Positions 10,553 to 20,489 of a stretch of 64,000 bases of DNA are shown here, piece by piece. The first letter of the stretch is position 1; each line of letters opens with the position of its first letter. Position numbers and translations under genes: made by a program. The DNA is from Bryobacterales bacterium (GTDB lineage Bacteria; Acidobacteriota; Terriglobia; Bryobacterales; UBA6623). The notes below the pieces were generated by a model that searched no databases, was not told the origin of the DNA, and saw nothing but the letters and a program-made list of their open reading frames with translations. The stretch spans positions 1,184,001 to 1,248,000 of the forward strand of contig OY729427.2 of the NCBI GenBank assembly GCA_963422375.2, read 5' to 3'.

Positions 10553-12390
10553 AGCCTTTCCTCCTCGACGACGGCATCGGTGACCGTGCGGGCGTCCAAG
10601 GGCATCCCGCCGCAATAGCAGACGCTGCGCAGGTGGTCGTGAATGGCGGGAAACTGCCGGCGCAGCAGCACGCGCAGCTGGCCGTCGCGATTCTGCTCGA
10701 CCACGTACACCCTCTGGTGGCGCGCGATGAACTCCTCGGTGCTGTGGCTGAAGGGCCAGCCCCGCACGCGGCAGTAGGCGGTCTCGATGCCGTACTCCAG
10801 GAGCAGCTGGCTGCGCGCCTCGCGCACGGCCTCGTGGCTCGTGCCGGCCGCGACGAACGCGACCCTAGCGTCCGGATTGTCGTCGACGATCGGTTCCGGC
10901 AGCCACCTGCGGGCGCCGGCCAGCTTCCTCTTGATCCGCTCCAAGTTGCGGATCCAGTCTTCCTCGCGCTCGCTGTAGTTGGCGTCCTCGTCGTGCCCGG
11001 TGCCGCGCGCGAAGTAGGCCGCCTGGGGGTGCCGGTTGCCGGGGACGGTGCGGTAGGGGATTCCGTCGCCGTCGATGTCGCGGTAGCGCCCCCAGTCGCC
11101 CTGCAGGCGCTCGATATCGGCCTCGCTGAGCACCTTGCCGCGATCCAGGTCCCAATCGGGGTAATCGAACTTGGCGGCGGTCCAGTAGTTCATCCCGAGA
11201 TCGAGGTCGAGCATGACGAACACGGGCGTCTGCAGGCGCTCGGCCACATCGAAGGCCTTGGCGGTGAACTCGAAGCACTCTTCCGGCGTGGCCGGGATCA
11301 GCATGGGGTGGGACGTGTCGCCGTGCGAGAGGGTCGCGGCGGACAGGAAGTCCCCCTGCGAGGTGCGCGTCGGCAGGCCCGTGGAGGGCCCCATGCGCTG
11401 CACGTCGATCAGGACCATCGGAATCTCGGCGAAGTGCGCCAGGCCGACGAACTCGGACATGAGCGAGATGCCCGGGCCGGCGGTCGTGGTCATCGAGCGG
11501 GCGCCGGCCCAGCCCGCGCCGATGGCCATGCCGATCGAGGCGAGCTCGTCCTCGGCCTGCACGACGGCGAAGGTCGCCTTGCCCGTGTCCGGGTCGGTGC
11601 GGAAGCGCTTGAGGTAGCCCTGGGCGGCTTCGGCCAGCGACGACGAGGGCGTGATGGGATACCAAGTGATGACGCTCACGCCCCCGAAGACGGCGCCCAG
11701 CGCCGCCGCCGAGTTGCCCTCGACGATAATCTTGCCCTGGTTCCCGTCCATCCGCTCCAAGCGGAAGGGGTCGCGCTTGCCGAGGTTTTGCTGCGACCAC
11801 TCGTAGCCGGCGAGGGCCGCGTTCCAGTTCATGTCGGCGGCCTTGGGCTTGCGAGCGAACTGCTTGTAGATCGCGTTGCGGATCTCGTCCATCTCGATGC
11901 CGAGCAGCGACGCCAGCACGCCGTCGTAGATCATGTTGCGGACGAGCTTGCGCAGCCTCGGCTGCGGGCAGACCGGAACGACGAGCCTGTCGAAGGGCAC
12001 AGGGTAGAAATCGAGGTCGCGCCTGAGGTCGCGCAGTCGCAGGGGCTCGTCGTAGACCACCGCGCGGCCGGGGCTCAGGCTCTCGACGTCCTCCCTGGCG
12101 GTCTGCGCGTTCATCGCGACGAGGACGTCGACTTCCTTCTTGCGCCCGATGAACCCGTACTTGCTGGCGCGGATCGTGTACCAAGTGGGCAGGCCGGCAA
12201 TGTTCGAGGGGAACAGGTTCTTGCCGGATACCGGAATGCCCATCTCGAATAGCGCGCGCAGCAGGACCAGGTTGGAGGACTGGCTGCCCGAGCCGTTCAC
12301 CGTGGCGACGTGGATACTGAAGTCGTTGACGACCTCCCGCACCGGCAACGGCAGGGGATCCCCTATCGGGGAAACTTTCACAGCTTGCAT
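10549..12390 (-). CDS. 2-oxoacid:acceptor oxidoreductase alpha subunit
   Basis: YPITPSS, QAEDELA, QRMGPSTGLPT. Confidence 0.93.
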   Translation of the reverse strand: MQAVKVSPIGDPLPLPVREVVNDFSIHVATVNGSGSQSSNLVLLRALFEMGIPVSGKNLFPSNIAGLPTWYTIRASKYGFIGRKKEVDVLVAMNAQTAREDVESLSPGRAVVYDEPLRLRDLRRDLDFYPVPFDRLVVPVCPQPRLRKLVRNMIYDGVLASLLGIEMDEIRNAIYKQFARKPKAADMNWNAALAGYEWSQQNLGKRDPFRLERMDGNQGKIIVEGNSAAALGAVFGGVSVITWYPITPSSSLAEAAQGYLKRFRTDPDTGKATFAVVQAEDELASIGMAIGAGWAGARSMTTTAGPGISLMSEFVGLAHFAEIPMVLIDVQRMGPSTGLPTRTSQGDFLSAATLSHGDTSHPMLIPATPEECFEFTAKAFDVAERLQTPVFVMLDLDLGMNYWTAAKFDYPDWDLDRGKVLSEADIERLQGDWGRYRDIDGDGIPYRTVPGNRHPQAAYFARGTGHDEDANYSEREEDWIRNLERIKRKLAGARRWLPEPIVDDNPDARVAFVAAGTSHEAVREARSQLLLEYGIETAYCRVRGWPFSHSTEEFIARHQRVYVVEQNRDGQLRVLLRRQFPAIHDHLRSVCYCGGMPLDARTVTDAVVEEERL

Positions 12391-12622
12391 GGAGGGACCT
12401 TGCGGTCAGGCGTGTCGGCTCGCGCGCGCGGGACAGCCGCAGGTCGCTGCGAGTGCAACTACATCCATTATAGAAATCCTGTCGGCGTTCGGCGCACGGG
12501 AATGTCGGCGCGGAACGCAGTAAAATCGCAGTAGGGCCGGCCCCTTGCCGTTCTAGCGCCGTCCCGGCCCGCGGGCCCGGCCGCAGCCGAGGCGAAACCG
12601 ACCTGCGCCCGTTTGATTCGCC

Positions 12623-14017
12623 ATGCTCGACAGCGCCCCCCCGCCCGCCACGAGGGACAGCCTCCCCGCTGACGTCGCGGCGCGGCGGCGGCTGGAAGCC
12701 GCCTTCGTTCGCACCGCCGAGGCGTACGGCTTCGCGGAGGTGGCCACGCCGACGTTCGAGCGGGCGGATCTCTTCGCCGCGCGCTCGGGACCAGAGATCA
12801 AGAGCTCCCTGCTCACCTTCCACTGCGACCACGAGGAATACGCCTTGCGGCCCGAGATGACCGCGCCGGTCTGCCGACTGGTGGCCTCCGGCGCGCTCGA
12901 CGGCGCACCGCCCCCGCACAAGCTGTTCTACGTGGCGCCGTGCTTCCGCTACTGCCGCCCGCATTCGGGACGCAGCCGCGAGTTCGTGCAGGCGGGAATC
13001 GAGGTCTTCGGAGACGGCTCGGCCGCGGCCGACGCGGAGGTCATCGCCGCGGCGCATCGCTTCCTGCGCGGGCTCGGGATCGGGGGCCTGTCGCTGAAGA
13101 TCGGCTCGGCCGGAATCTTCCGCGCGCTGCTTCCCGGCCGCCTTGGCCCGGACGACCGGGCGGCGGTGATCGGCCACCTGGACCGGCTGGCCGGAATCCG
13201 CGAGCGCTGCGCGGCGCTGGACGGTCGGCAGGATCCGCTGATGACGGAGCAGCTGCGCAGCGACCGGCGCGAGCTGGCGTCGATGCAGGCGCAGGACGGC
13301 TACGAGGGCGAGTTCGCCATCACGGCCCGCCCGAACCTCGACGCGGCCGGGCTGGCCCGCCAACTCCCGGACGAAGCGGCGGCCACCTACAGGCATCTGT
13401 GGAACGTGGAGGGCTACCTGCCGGACGAGACCGCGGTGCGGCTGCTTAGCGCGAGCGCGATCCGCGGCCGGCTGGACGAGATCTCGGCACTCGCGTCCGA
13501 GACGTTGGAGGCCTCCGGCGCGGAAGCGGCCCTGTCCGACCTGCTGGCGGTGTGCAGCCTGCTGGAGCATTGCGGCCTCGGAGGGTTCGAGGTGGCGCTC
13601 GGCATCGCGCGAGGCCTGACGTTCTACACCGGCACGATGTTCGAGATCGCGAGCGGCCCGGCCAAGGTGTGCGGCGGCGGGCGTTACGACACCTTGGTCG
13701 AGCTTTTCGGCGGGCGGCCCACGCCGGCCACGGGCTGCGCCGTGCGCTTCGACATCCTTGGCGGGCTGGCCGGGCCCGAGGCGGGCGCGCCCCGCGGCAC
13801 GGGGATCGCGCTGCGGCCGGCCGCGGCCGGCGACGAGGCGGCGACCGCACGGCTCGCCGAGGCGCTGCGCGACCGCGGGATCCGGGTCGGGCTTCCGGGC
13901 GACCCGGCGGCCACCGTGGCCGGCGGGAGCGTGCGGCTGCCGGGAGGAGCGGAAGTCGAGGCGGCGGCGGGTCCCCTGGCCGCGGCGCTCGCGGCGCATG
14001 CGAGGGCGACAGCATGA
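12623..14017 (+). CDS. hisZ: HisZ/HisS-like protein (ATP phosphoribosyltransferase regulatory subunit)
   Basis: LRPEMTAPV, APCFRY, REFVQAGIE, RGLTFYTG, GGGRYD; coupled to a short hisG. Confidence 0.75.
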   Translation: MLDSAPPPATRDSLPADVAARRRLEAAFVRTAEAYGFAEVATPTFERADLFAARSGPEIKSSLLTFHCDHEEYALRPEMTAPVCRLVASGALDGAPPPHKLFYVAPCFRYCRPHSGRSREFVQAGIEVFGDGSAAADAEVIAAAHRFLRGLGIGGLSLKIGSAGIFRALLPGRLGPDDRAAVIGHLDRLAGIRERCAALDGRQDPLMTEQLRSDRRELASMQAQDGYEGEFAITARPNLDAAGLARQLPDEAAATYRHLWNVEGYLPDETAVRLLSASAIRGRLDEISALASETLEASGAEAALSDLLAVCSLLEHCGLGGFEVALGIARGLTFYTGTMFEIASGPAKVCGGGRYDTLVELFGGRPTPATGCAVRFDILGGLAGPEAGAPRGTGIALRPAAAGDEAATARLAEALRDRGIRVGLPGDPAATVAGGSVRLPGGAEVEAAAGPLAAALAAHARATA

Positions 14018-14790
14018 CCCCGGTGCGGTTCGCCATTCCCAAGGGGAGCCTGGAGAGGAAGACGCGCGCCTTCCTCGAGCGAGCCGGCATCGACCCGCGA
14101 GGCTACGCAGACGGCAACCGGAGCTACCGGCCGGAGCTCGGCATCGCGGGCGTCCGGGCCAAGACGATGCGGCCGCAGGAGATCCCCTACATGCTGCAGG
14201 CCGGCTTCTTCGACCTCGGCATCTCGGGGGTGGACTGGTATTACGAGAGCGAGGTCTCGGCCAATGTCGCGGACATCCTCGATCTCGGCTTCGGGCGCGT
14301 CGACATCGTGCTGTGCGTCTCGCAGCGGTGGAGCGAAGTGCGCTCGGCCCCGGACCTGTTCGCTCGGTTCGTGGAGTCCACGGGCACGCAGCCCCTGCGC
14401 ATCTGGACCGAGTACCTCAATCTGACGGAGGCGCTGGTGCGCCAGCACACCGACCTGGAGCCGTCGCTGTACAGCCCCTACGCCCGGCTGAGCGTGCAGC
14501 GGAGCGGGGCCTCGCCCGTGGCGATCTTCCATTCCTTCGGCGCCACCGAATCGAAGCCCCCGGAAGACGGCGACGCGATCGTGGACAACACCGAGACCGG
14601 GCGCACGCTGCGCGCCAACGGCCTGAAGATCGTCCACAAGGTGCTCGAGGGCTCCACGGCGCACCTGCTCGCCAACCGCCGCGCCCTGAGAAACCGGGAG
14701 AAGCGCGAGGCCATCGACCGCGTGCGCGACCTGCTGGCGGCGGCGGCGCCGGCGCCGGTCGAGGAGGATCACGTCTTCGGCCACATCTAG
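14014..14790 (+). CDS. hisG: ATP phosphoribosyltransferase, lacking the C-terminal ACT domain
   Basis: FAIPKGSL, RPQEIP, DLGISGVD, GATE..P, AIVDNTETGRTLRANGL; ATG at 14014 overlaps the hisZ stop. Confidence 0.88.
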   Translation: MTPVRFAIPKGSLERKTRAFLERAGIDPRGYADGNRSYRPELGIAGVRAKTMRPQEIPYMLQAGFFDLGISGVDWYYESEVSANVADILDLGFGRVDIVLCVSQRWSEVRSAPDLFARFVESTGTQPLRIWTEYLNLTEALVRQHTDLEPSLYSPYARLSVQRSGASPVAIFHSFGATESKPPEDGDAIVDNTETGRTLRANGLKIVHKVLEGSTAHLLANRRALRNREKREAIDRVRDLLAAAAPAPVEEDHVFGHI

Positions 14791-14836
14791 GGCGCCGGCG
14801 CGGCCGGCGAACAGGTATGATGCGTTACGGCTGCCC

Positions 14837-16720
14837 GTGGTGAATAGAAGGCATGTCGCCTGGGCCTTGGCGCTGGGCCTGCTGGCAGTCTGCGCGGCGT
14901 CCACGCAGATGAGGCGTTCACGGAGCGACAAGGAGCGGCGGCAGCGAGCGATCCTGCGCTGGGAGGTCTTCCGCCCCGTGGTGCGGGGCAAGGAAGCGGC
15001 CGTCGCCGCCGGCACGCAACTGGTGACGCAGGCGGCCATGCGAGCGCTCCAGGCCGGGGGCAACGCGGTGGACGCGGGCGTCGCCGCGCTCCTCGCCGGG
15101 GCGGTCACCGAGTTCTCGCACTACGGCTTCGGGGGGGAGGCCCCCCTGCTGATCCGCACAGCCGACGGCGAGGTCCACTCGATCGCCGGAGTGGGCACGG
15201 CCCCGGCCAGCATGACGCTGGACTTCTTCCTAGGCCTCGAGGCCGATCCGGCCTTGGAAGAGGAGGCCGCTCAGCGGGACCACGAGACCGGGCCGATCCC
15301 CTCGTACGGCACCTTGCCGGCGCTGGTGCCCGGCATGGTCGACGCCGCGCTGCTGGCGCTGCAGCGATTCGGCACGCTCTCCTTCGCGGAAGTGTCCTCG
15401 CACGCTGCGACGCTAGCGGACGGACACCCCCTCGACCGCACGCGGGCGCGCTCTATCGCCGAAGCGGGGAGCTTCCTGCAGCTGTTCCCGACCTCGCGGG
15501 CCGTCTTCGCGCCGGACGGGCGCGCGCCGGGGCCGGGCTCCCTCTTCCGCCAGCCGGACCTAGCCGCGACGATCCGCGGGATGGCGGGCGCCGAGCGGGC
15601 CGCGCTGGGGGCCGGCAGGTCGCGGGAGGACGCGATCGAGGCCGTGCGGGACCACTTCTACAGGGGCCCGGTCGCCCGCGAGATCGCCGACTTCGTCGAG
15701 CGCAGCGGGGGCCTGCTGCGCTACGAGGACCTCGCGTCGTTCCACTTGGACCTGGAGCGGCCGCTGGCGACGACCTTCCACGGGCACGAGATCTTCAAGG
15801 CGGACTTCTGGACGCAGGGCGCGGTGCTGCTGCAGGCCCTCAACATCCTGGAGGACTACGACCTCTTCGAGCTGGGCTGGAACACGTCCGGCTACCTCCA
15901 CCACTTGGTCGAGGCGCTCAAGCTGGCGTTCGCCGACCGCGACGCGTGGTACGCCGATCCGGAGTTCTCGCAGGTGCCCCGGGAGCTGCTCGACAAGGCC
16001 TACGCGGCCGGGCGCAGGGCCCTGATCGACCCGGAGCGGTCCTCGGCGGAGTTCCGCCCGGGCGCCTTCGGCGACCGCCTCCCGGTGCATCCGGCCGGGC
16101 ACAACGGCCGGGCGCGGCCGCTCCCGGACGCCCTCGCGTCCAAGGACACGACCTGCATCAACATCGCGACGGCGGACGGGATGATGTTCTCGGCGTCCCC
16201 GTCCGGCGCGTGGATGCCCTCGGTGATCGCGGGACGGACCGGCATCCCCCTGACCCAGCGCGCCCAGAGCTTCCTGACGCTGCCGAACCACCCGAACGTG
16301 GTCGAGCCCGGCAAGCGGCCGCGCATCACCCTGACCCCCACGCTGGTGACGCGAGGAGGCCGACCGTTCATGGCGCTTTCGACGCCCGGCGGCGACCAGC
16401 AGGAGCAGGCCCTGCTGCAGGTGCTGCTGGCCGTCCTGCTGTTCGACTTCAACCCCCAGGCGGCGGTCGAGGCGCCGCGGTTCCAGAGCAAGCATCTCGT
16501 GGCCAGCTTCGACGACCACGCCATGGAGCCGAACGTGCTGCTGGTGGACGAGCGCATGCCCGAGTTCGTGGTGGAGGAGCTGGCCGCGCGCGGCCATCTG
16601 GTGGAGCTGCGGGGCCGCCGGAACAGCGGGTCTGCCCCGACCGCGATCAAGGTGCTGCGCAACAGCGTGATCGAGGCCGGCGCGGATCCGTACGCGAACC
16701 GCTACGCCGCCGGCTGGTAG
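14837..16720 (+). CDS. ggt: Gamma-glutamyltransferase family protein
   Basis: GGNAVDAGVA, LKLAFADRD, DTT nucleophile, PGKRPRITLTP, TPGGD. Confidence 0.88.
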   Translation: MVNRRHVAWALALGLLAVCAASTQMRRSRSDKERRQRAILRWEVFRPVVRGKEAAVAAGTQLVTQAAMRALQAGGNAVDAGVAALLAGAVTEFSHYGFGGEAPLLIRTADGEVHSIAGVGTAPASMTLDFFLGLEADPALEEEAAQRDHETGPIPSYGTLPALVPGMVDAALLALQRFGTLSFAEVSSHAATLADGHPLDRTRARSIAEAGSFLQLFPTSRAVFAPDGRAPGPGSLFRQPDLAATIRGMAGAERAALGAGRSREDAIEAVRDHFYRGPVAREIADFVERSGGLLRYEDLASFHLDLERPLATTFHGHEIFKADFWTQGAVLLQALNILEDYDLFELGWNTSGYLHHLVEALKLAFADRDAWYADPEFSQVPRELLDKAYAAGRRALIDPERSSAEFRPGAFGDRLPVHPAGHNGRARPLPDALASKDTTCINIATADGMMFSASPSGAWMPSVIAGRTGIPLTQRAQSFLTLPNHPNVVEPGKRPRITLTPTLVTRGGRPFMALSTPGGDQQEQALLQVLLAVLLFDFNPQAAVEAPRFQSKHLVASFDDHAMEPNVLLVDERMPEFVVEELAARGHLVELRGRRNSGSAPTAIKVLRNSVIEAGADPYANRYAAGW

Positions 16721-16771
16721 CCGGGACCCGCGCGGGCGCCCGGCAGCGGCTGCGCTATCATCGCCGGTCGG

Positions 16772-18262
16772 ATGCTGACGAGACGGGAGTTCCTAGCGAC
16801 AGGCGGCGCGCTGGCCGGGGCGGCGAGCTGCCGGCCTTCCGACAGCGAGGACGGACCGCTTAACGTCCTGTTCCTGTTCCCGGACCAGATGCGGGCCCAG
16901 GCGATGGGCTGCATGGGCAACCCGGACGTGCAGACGCCCAATCTCGACCGGCTGGCCGCCGAAGGCCTGCTGTTCCGCAACCACTTGGCCAACTCCCCGG
17001 TGTGCTGCCCGGCCCGGGCCGTGATCCTGACCGGCAAGTACGCCCACGCCAACGGCATGACGGCCAACGACCTGCGGCTGCGCGAATCGGAGACATCGCT
17101 GGCGGAGCTGTTCGCGACGGCCGGCTACCGGACGGGCTTCGTGGGCAAGTGGCATCTCGACGGCGGCCCGCGGCAGCCCGGCTGGGTCCCTCCCGGCGGG
17201 CGGCGGCAGGGCTTCGAATACTGGGCGGCCAACCAAGTCAGCCACGCACACTTCGACACCCACTACTTCCGCGACGAGGAGGAGGCCATCCCGATCAAGA
17301 CCTTCGAGGCGGAGACGTGGACGGACTTGGGCATCGAGTTCCTGCGAGCGGCGAAGGACGACAAGCGCCCGTTCTTCCTGACCGTGCAGATGGGCCCGCC
17401 CCACGACCCCTACCTCGCCCCGGACCGGTACATGGGCATGTACGACCCGGAGGCCATCGCGCTTAGCCCGAACTTCGCGGGGGACGCGTCGGACCGGGAG
17501 CTCGAGCCGAATCCCTACGTCAAGACCCCCGGCCGCAAGGAGATCGCCGCCTACTACGCGATGGTGACGGCCGTCGACGAGCAGGTCGGGCGCATCCTCG
17601 GGGAGCTAGACGAGCTGGGCCTGCGCGACAACACGGTCGTGCTGGTGTCGTCCGACCACGGCGACATGCTGGGATCGCACGGGCAGCGCCTCAAGCGGAA
17701 GCCCTGGGAGGAGTCGATCCGCGTCCCGGGCATCGTGCGCCCCCCGAGGACGGAGCCCGGTCGCGAGACCGACGCCCTGTTCTCCCACGTGGACATCGCG
17801 CCGACGCTGCTGGCGCTGTGCGGCCTGCCGACCAGCCCGGCGATGCAGGGCAGCGACCTATCCGGGGTCATCCTCGGCGCGGCGGGCGAGTCGGGCCCGG
17901 GATCGGCGTACTTCCAGATCTTCGGCCCGTTCCTCGCAGGCGGGGTGGAGGGCGGCTGGCGCGGAGTCCGCACGCAGCGCCACATGTACGCTCGCACGAG
18001 GGACGCGCCGTGGGTGCTGTACGACCTCGAAGCGGATCCGTACGAACTCGCCAACCTCGCGCAGGAGCCGAGCGCGGAGGCGCTGCGCGTCGAGCTCGAG
18101 GCGGAACTGGCGCGCTGGATGGAGCGCACCGGCGACTCATGGGACTTCGACTGGTCCGCCCCGGTCGAAGACCGAGGCCGGCTGTACAAGCACGAGACAT
18201 TCCATTCGGTCGACGAATTCATGGAGTGGGCCGCCGAGCACCCGGACCTGGCCGACCTGTAG
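16772..18262 (+). CDS. Sulfatase (FGly-type), Tat/lipoprotein signal
   Basis: TRREFL; CCPARAVILTG (CxPxR), GKWHL, SDHG. Confidence 0.93.
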   Translation: MLTRREFLATGGALAGAASCRPSDSEDGPLNVLFLFPDQMRAQAMGCMGNPDVQTPNLDRLAAEGLLFRNHLANSPVCCPARAVILTGKYAHANGMTANDLRLRESETSLAELFATAGYRTGFVGKWHLDGGPRQPGWVPPGGRRQGFEYWAANQVSHAHFDTHYFRDEEEAIPIKTFEAETWTDLGIEFLRAAKDDKRPFFLTVQMGPPHDPYLAPDRYMGMYDPEAIALSPNFAGDASDRELEPNPYVKTPGRKEIAAYYAMVTAVDEQVGRILGELDELGLRDNTVVLVSSDHGDMLGSHGQRLKRKPWEESIRVPGIVRPPRTEPGRETDALFSHVDIAPTLLALCGLPTSPAMQGSDLSGVILGAAGESGPGSAYFQIFGPFLAGGVEGGWRGVRTQRHMYARTRDAPWVLYDLEADPYELANLAQEPSAEALRVELEAELARWMERTGDSWDFDWSAPVEDRGRLYKHETFHSVDEFMEWAAEHPDLADL

Positions 18263-18373
18263 CCCGCTCGCGGGCGGCAAGGCCGCGCCGGGCACTCGGC
18301 GGGCGAATGATCGTGTTCGGCGCGTAATCCGCCGTGTCGGAACCGTGGGATCCCGCCTCTGTACGATGTTGGC

Positions 18374-19978
18374 GTGACCGAGTCCAACGCAATAGACCGT
18401 CGCCGATTCCTCCAACTCGCCGGCGCGACCGCTCCGCTGGCGGCGGCCTCCTGCGGGCCGACGGGCACGCAGGCCGGGAACGACGCGCAGCCGAACATCG
18501 TGATGATCATGTCCGACGACATGGGCTATTCGGACCTCGGCTGCTACGGGGGCGAGATCGAGACGCCCGGCCTCGACCGCCTAGCCGCCGGGGGCCTGCG
18601 CTTCACGCGCTACTACACGAACAACATGTGCGTCCCGACAAGGGCGTCGCTGATGAGCGGCTGCTACACGTCGAAGGCACTCAACGAGCGCGACGCGATC
18701 TCGGAGCAGGTGGTCACAGTCGCGGAGGCACTGCAGGCGGCAGGCTACGCCACCTACATGAGCGGGAAGTGGCACCTCGCCAACGACGCGAAGCGCGAGA
18801 GCCTGCCCTGCCAGCGGGGCTTCGACAGGTTCTTCGGCACGACCCTTGGCGCCTGCAGCTTCTGGGCGCCCGCATCGCTCATGGTTGACAACGAGCCCGC
18901 CGAGCAGCTCTATCTGGATCCCGGCTTCTACTACACCAAGGCGATCACGGACCATGCCCTCGACTTCATGCGGGACGGCCTAGCGCGGGAGCGGCCGTTC
19001 TTCCTGTACGTGGCCTACACCGCCGCGCACTGGCCGCTGCACGCGTTCCCGGAGGATATCGCCGGTTACGAGGGCCGCTACGAGGCGGGATGGGACGCGT
19101 TGCGGCTCGAGCGCCACGCCCGCCTCAAGGAAGGCGGCCTGGTGAACCCGGACTGGGCGCTCTCGCCGCGCAATCCCGAAGTGCCGGCCTGGGCGGACGA
19201 GCCGCACAAGGCATGGCAGCAGCGCCGCATGGAGGTGTACGGCGCGCAGGTGACGAGCATGGACCGCGGCATCGGCCGCCTGCTGGACCTGCTGGAGGAA
19301 TCGGGAGCGGCCGAGAACACGCTGGTGGTGTTCCAGGTGGACAACGGGGGCTGCCACGTCGAGTACACGACCGACCGGACGGGGCCGTACCTGCCGGCGC
19401 GCACGCGGGACGGAAGGCCCGTCGTGCCGGGCAACATTCCCGGCGTCATGCCCGGCCCGGAAGACACCTACCAGAGCTACGGCTACGGCTGGGCCAACGC
19501 GTCCAACACGCCCTTCCGGCTCTACAAGCAGCACGACCACGAAGGAGGCATCCTCGTGCCGCTGATCGCTCGCTGGCCGGCAGCGATCAAGGAGCACGGC
19601 TCCATCAGCGGTCAGCTCGCTCACGTGATCGATCTGATGCCGACGTTTCTCGAGGCGGCCGGGGTCGACCAGCCGACCGAATTCGGCGGGCAAGCGGTCC
19701 ATCCCGCCGACGGACGGAGCCTGCTGCCCGTGCTGAAGGGAGGAAGCCGCGAGCCCCCGCGAGAGCTGTACTGGCAATGGAGCCGCGGCAAGGCGATCCG
19801 CCGGGACCAGTGGAAACTCGTGGCGCGGCGCGACCGGCCGTGGGAACTGTACGACATCGAGGCGGACGGGACGGAGCTGCACGACTTGGCGCAATCCCGT
19901 CCTGTACTCGTAGCCGAGCTGGAGAGGCTCTGGAATGAGTGGGAGGCCGGGCCGCCGCCCCTGCAACCGGGGTCCTAG
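18374..19978 (+). CDS. Arylsulfatase, Tat/lipoprotein signal
   Basis: DRRRFL; SDDMGYSD, CVPTRASLMSG, GKWHL, DNG. Confidence 0.93.
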   Translation: MTESNAIDRRRFLQLAGATAPLAAASCGPTGTQAGNDAQPNIVMIMSDDMGYSDLGCYGGEIETPGLDRLAAGGLRFTRYYTNNMCVPTRASLMSGCYTSKALNERDAISEQVVTVAEALQAAGYATYMSGKWHLANDAKRESLPCQRGFDRFFGTTLGACSFWAPASLMVDNEPAEQLYLDPGFYYTKAITDHALDFMRDGLARERPFFLYVAYTAAHWPLHAFPEDIAGYEGRYEAGWDALRLERHARLKEGGLVNPDWALSPRNPEVPAWADEPHKAWQQRRMEVYGAQVTSMDRGIGRLLDLLEESGAAENTLVVFQVDNGGCHVEYTTDRTGPYLPARTRDGRPVVPGNIPGVMPGPEDTYQSYGYGWANASNTPFRLYKQHDHEGGILVPLIARWPAAIKEHGSISGQLAHVIDLMPTFLEAAGVDQPTEFGGQAVHPADGRSLLPVLKGGSREPPRELYWQWSRGKAIRRDQWKLVARRDRPWELYDIEADGTELHDLAQSRPVLVAELERLWNEWEAGPPPLQPGS

Positions 19979-20489
19979 CGCCGCGACCAGCACGTCCGAA
20001 ACAGTCCCGCGCCCTGCCCGACCGGCACTTTCAGTCGGATTCCCGGGTGGCGCCCCGGGCTGGAGGGCCTCGGCGCTGCGGAACTCCCGATTGCGGAAGG
20101 GGTCTCGGCTTCCCAAGCACCGGCGGGCCGAGCATACGGTCTGCCGCGGGATCCTCAAATGCCAGAGAGATGCCCTCACCTCGGTCCGTCCAACCACACT
20201 TCCGCCGGCTCCAGGTAGTAGGTGACAATGTTGCGAACTGGCAGCGCTCCGAGGTATCCCACCGCCGGTAAGTGGAGCATTAGCCAGCTCTCCGTCCGTT
20301 TCGGGTAGTGCCCGTTTTCGTGCTATGCTCTAATACTGCTCTCGGATGCGTTTAACGTGGATTCGATAAAGAAGTGTAAGTTTGTCGCACCAAGGAGGTC
20401 TTCAGTGGACACAATCGTCTCTGTTTGATGAATCAGTTTCGTCGGGACGCACCGGTTCTTCACGGCGAGTAGCCGGTCTTCCAAGCGGC

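Noticed and set aside
10865..13999. 1044-aa minus-strand ORF and the many other long overlapping ORFs
   Set aside because: Arg/Pro/Ala-rich shadow frames over well-supported genes, as expected at high GC
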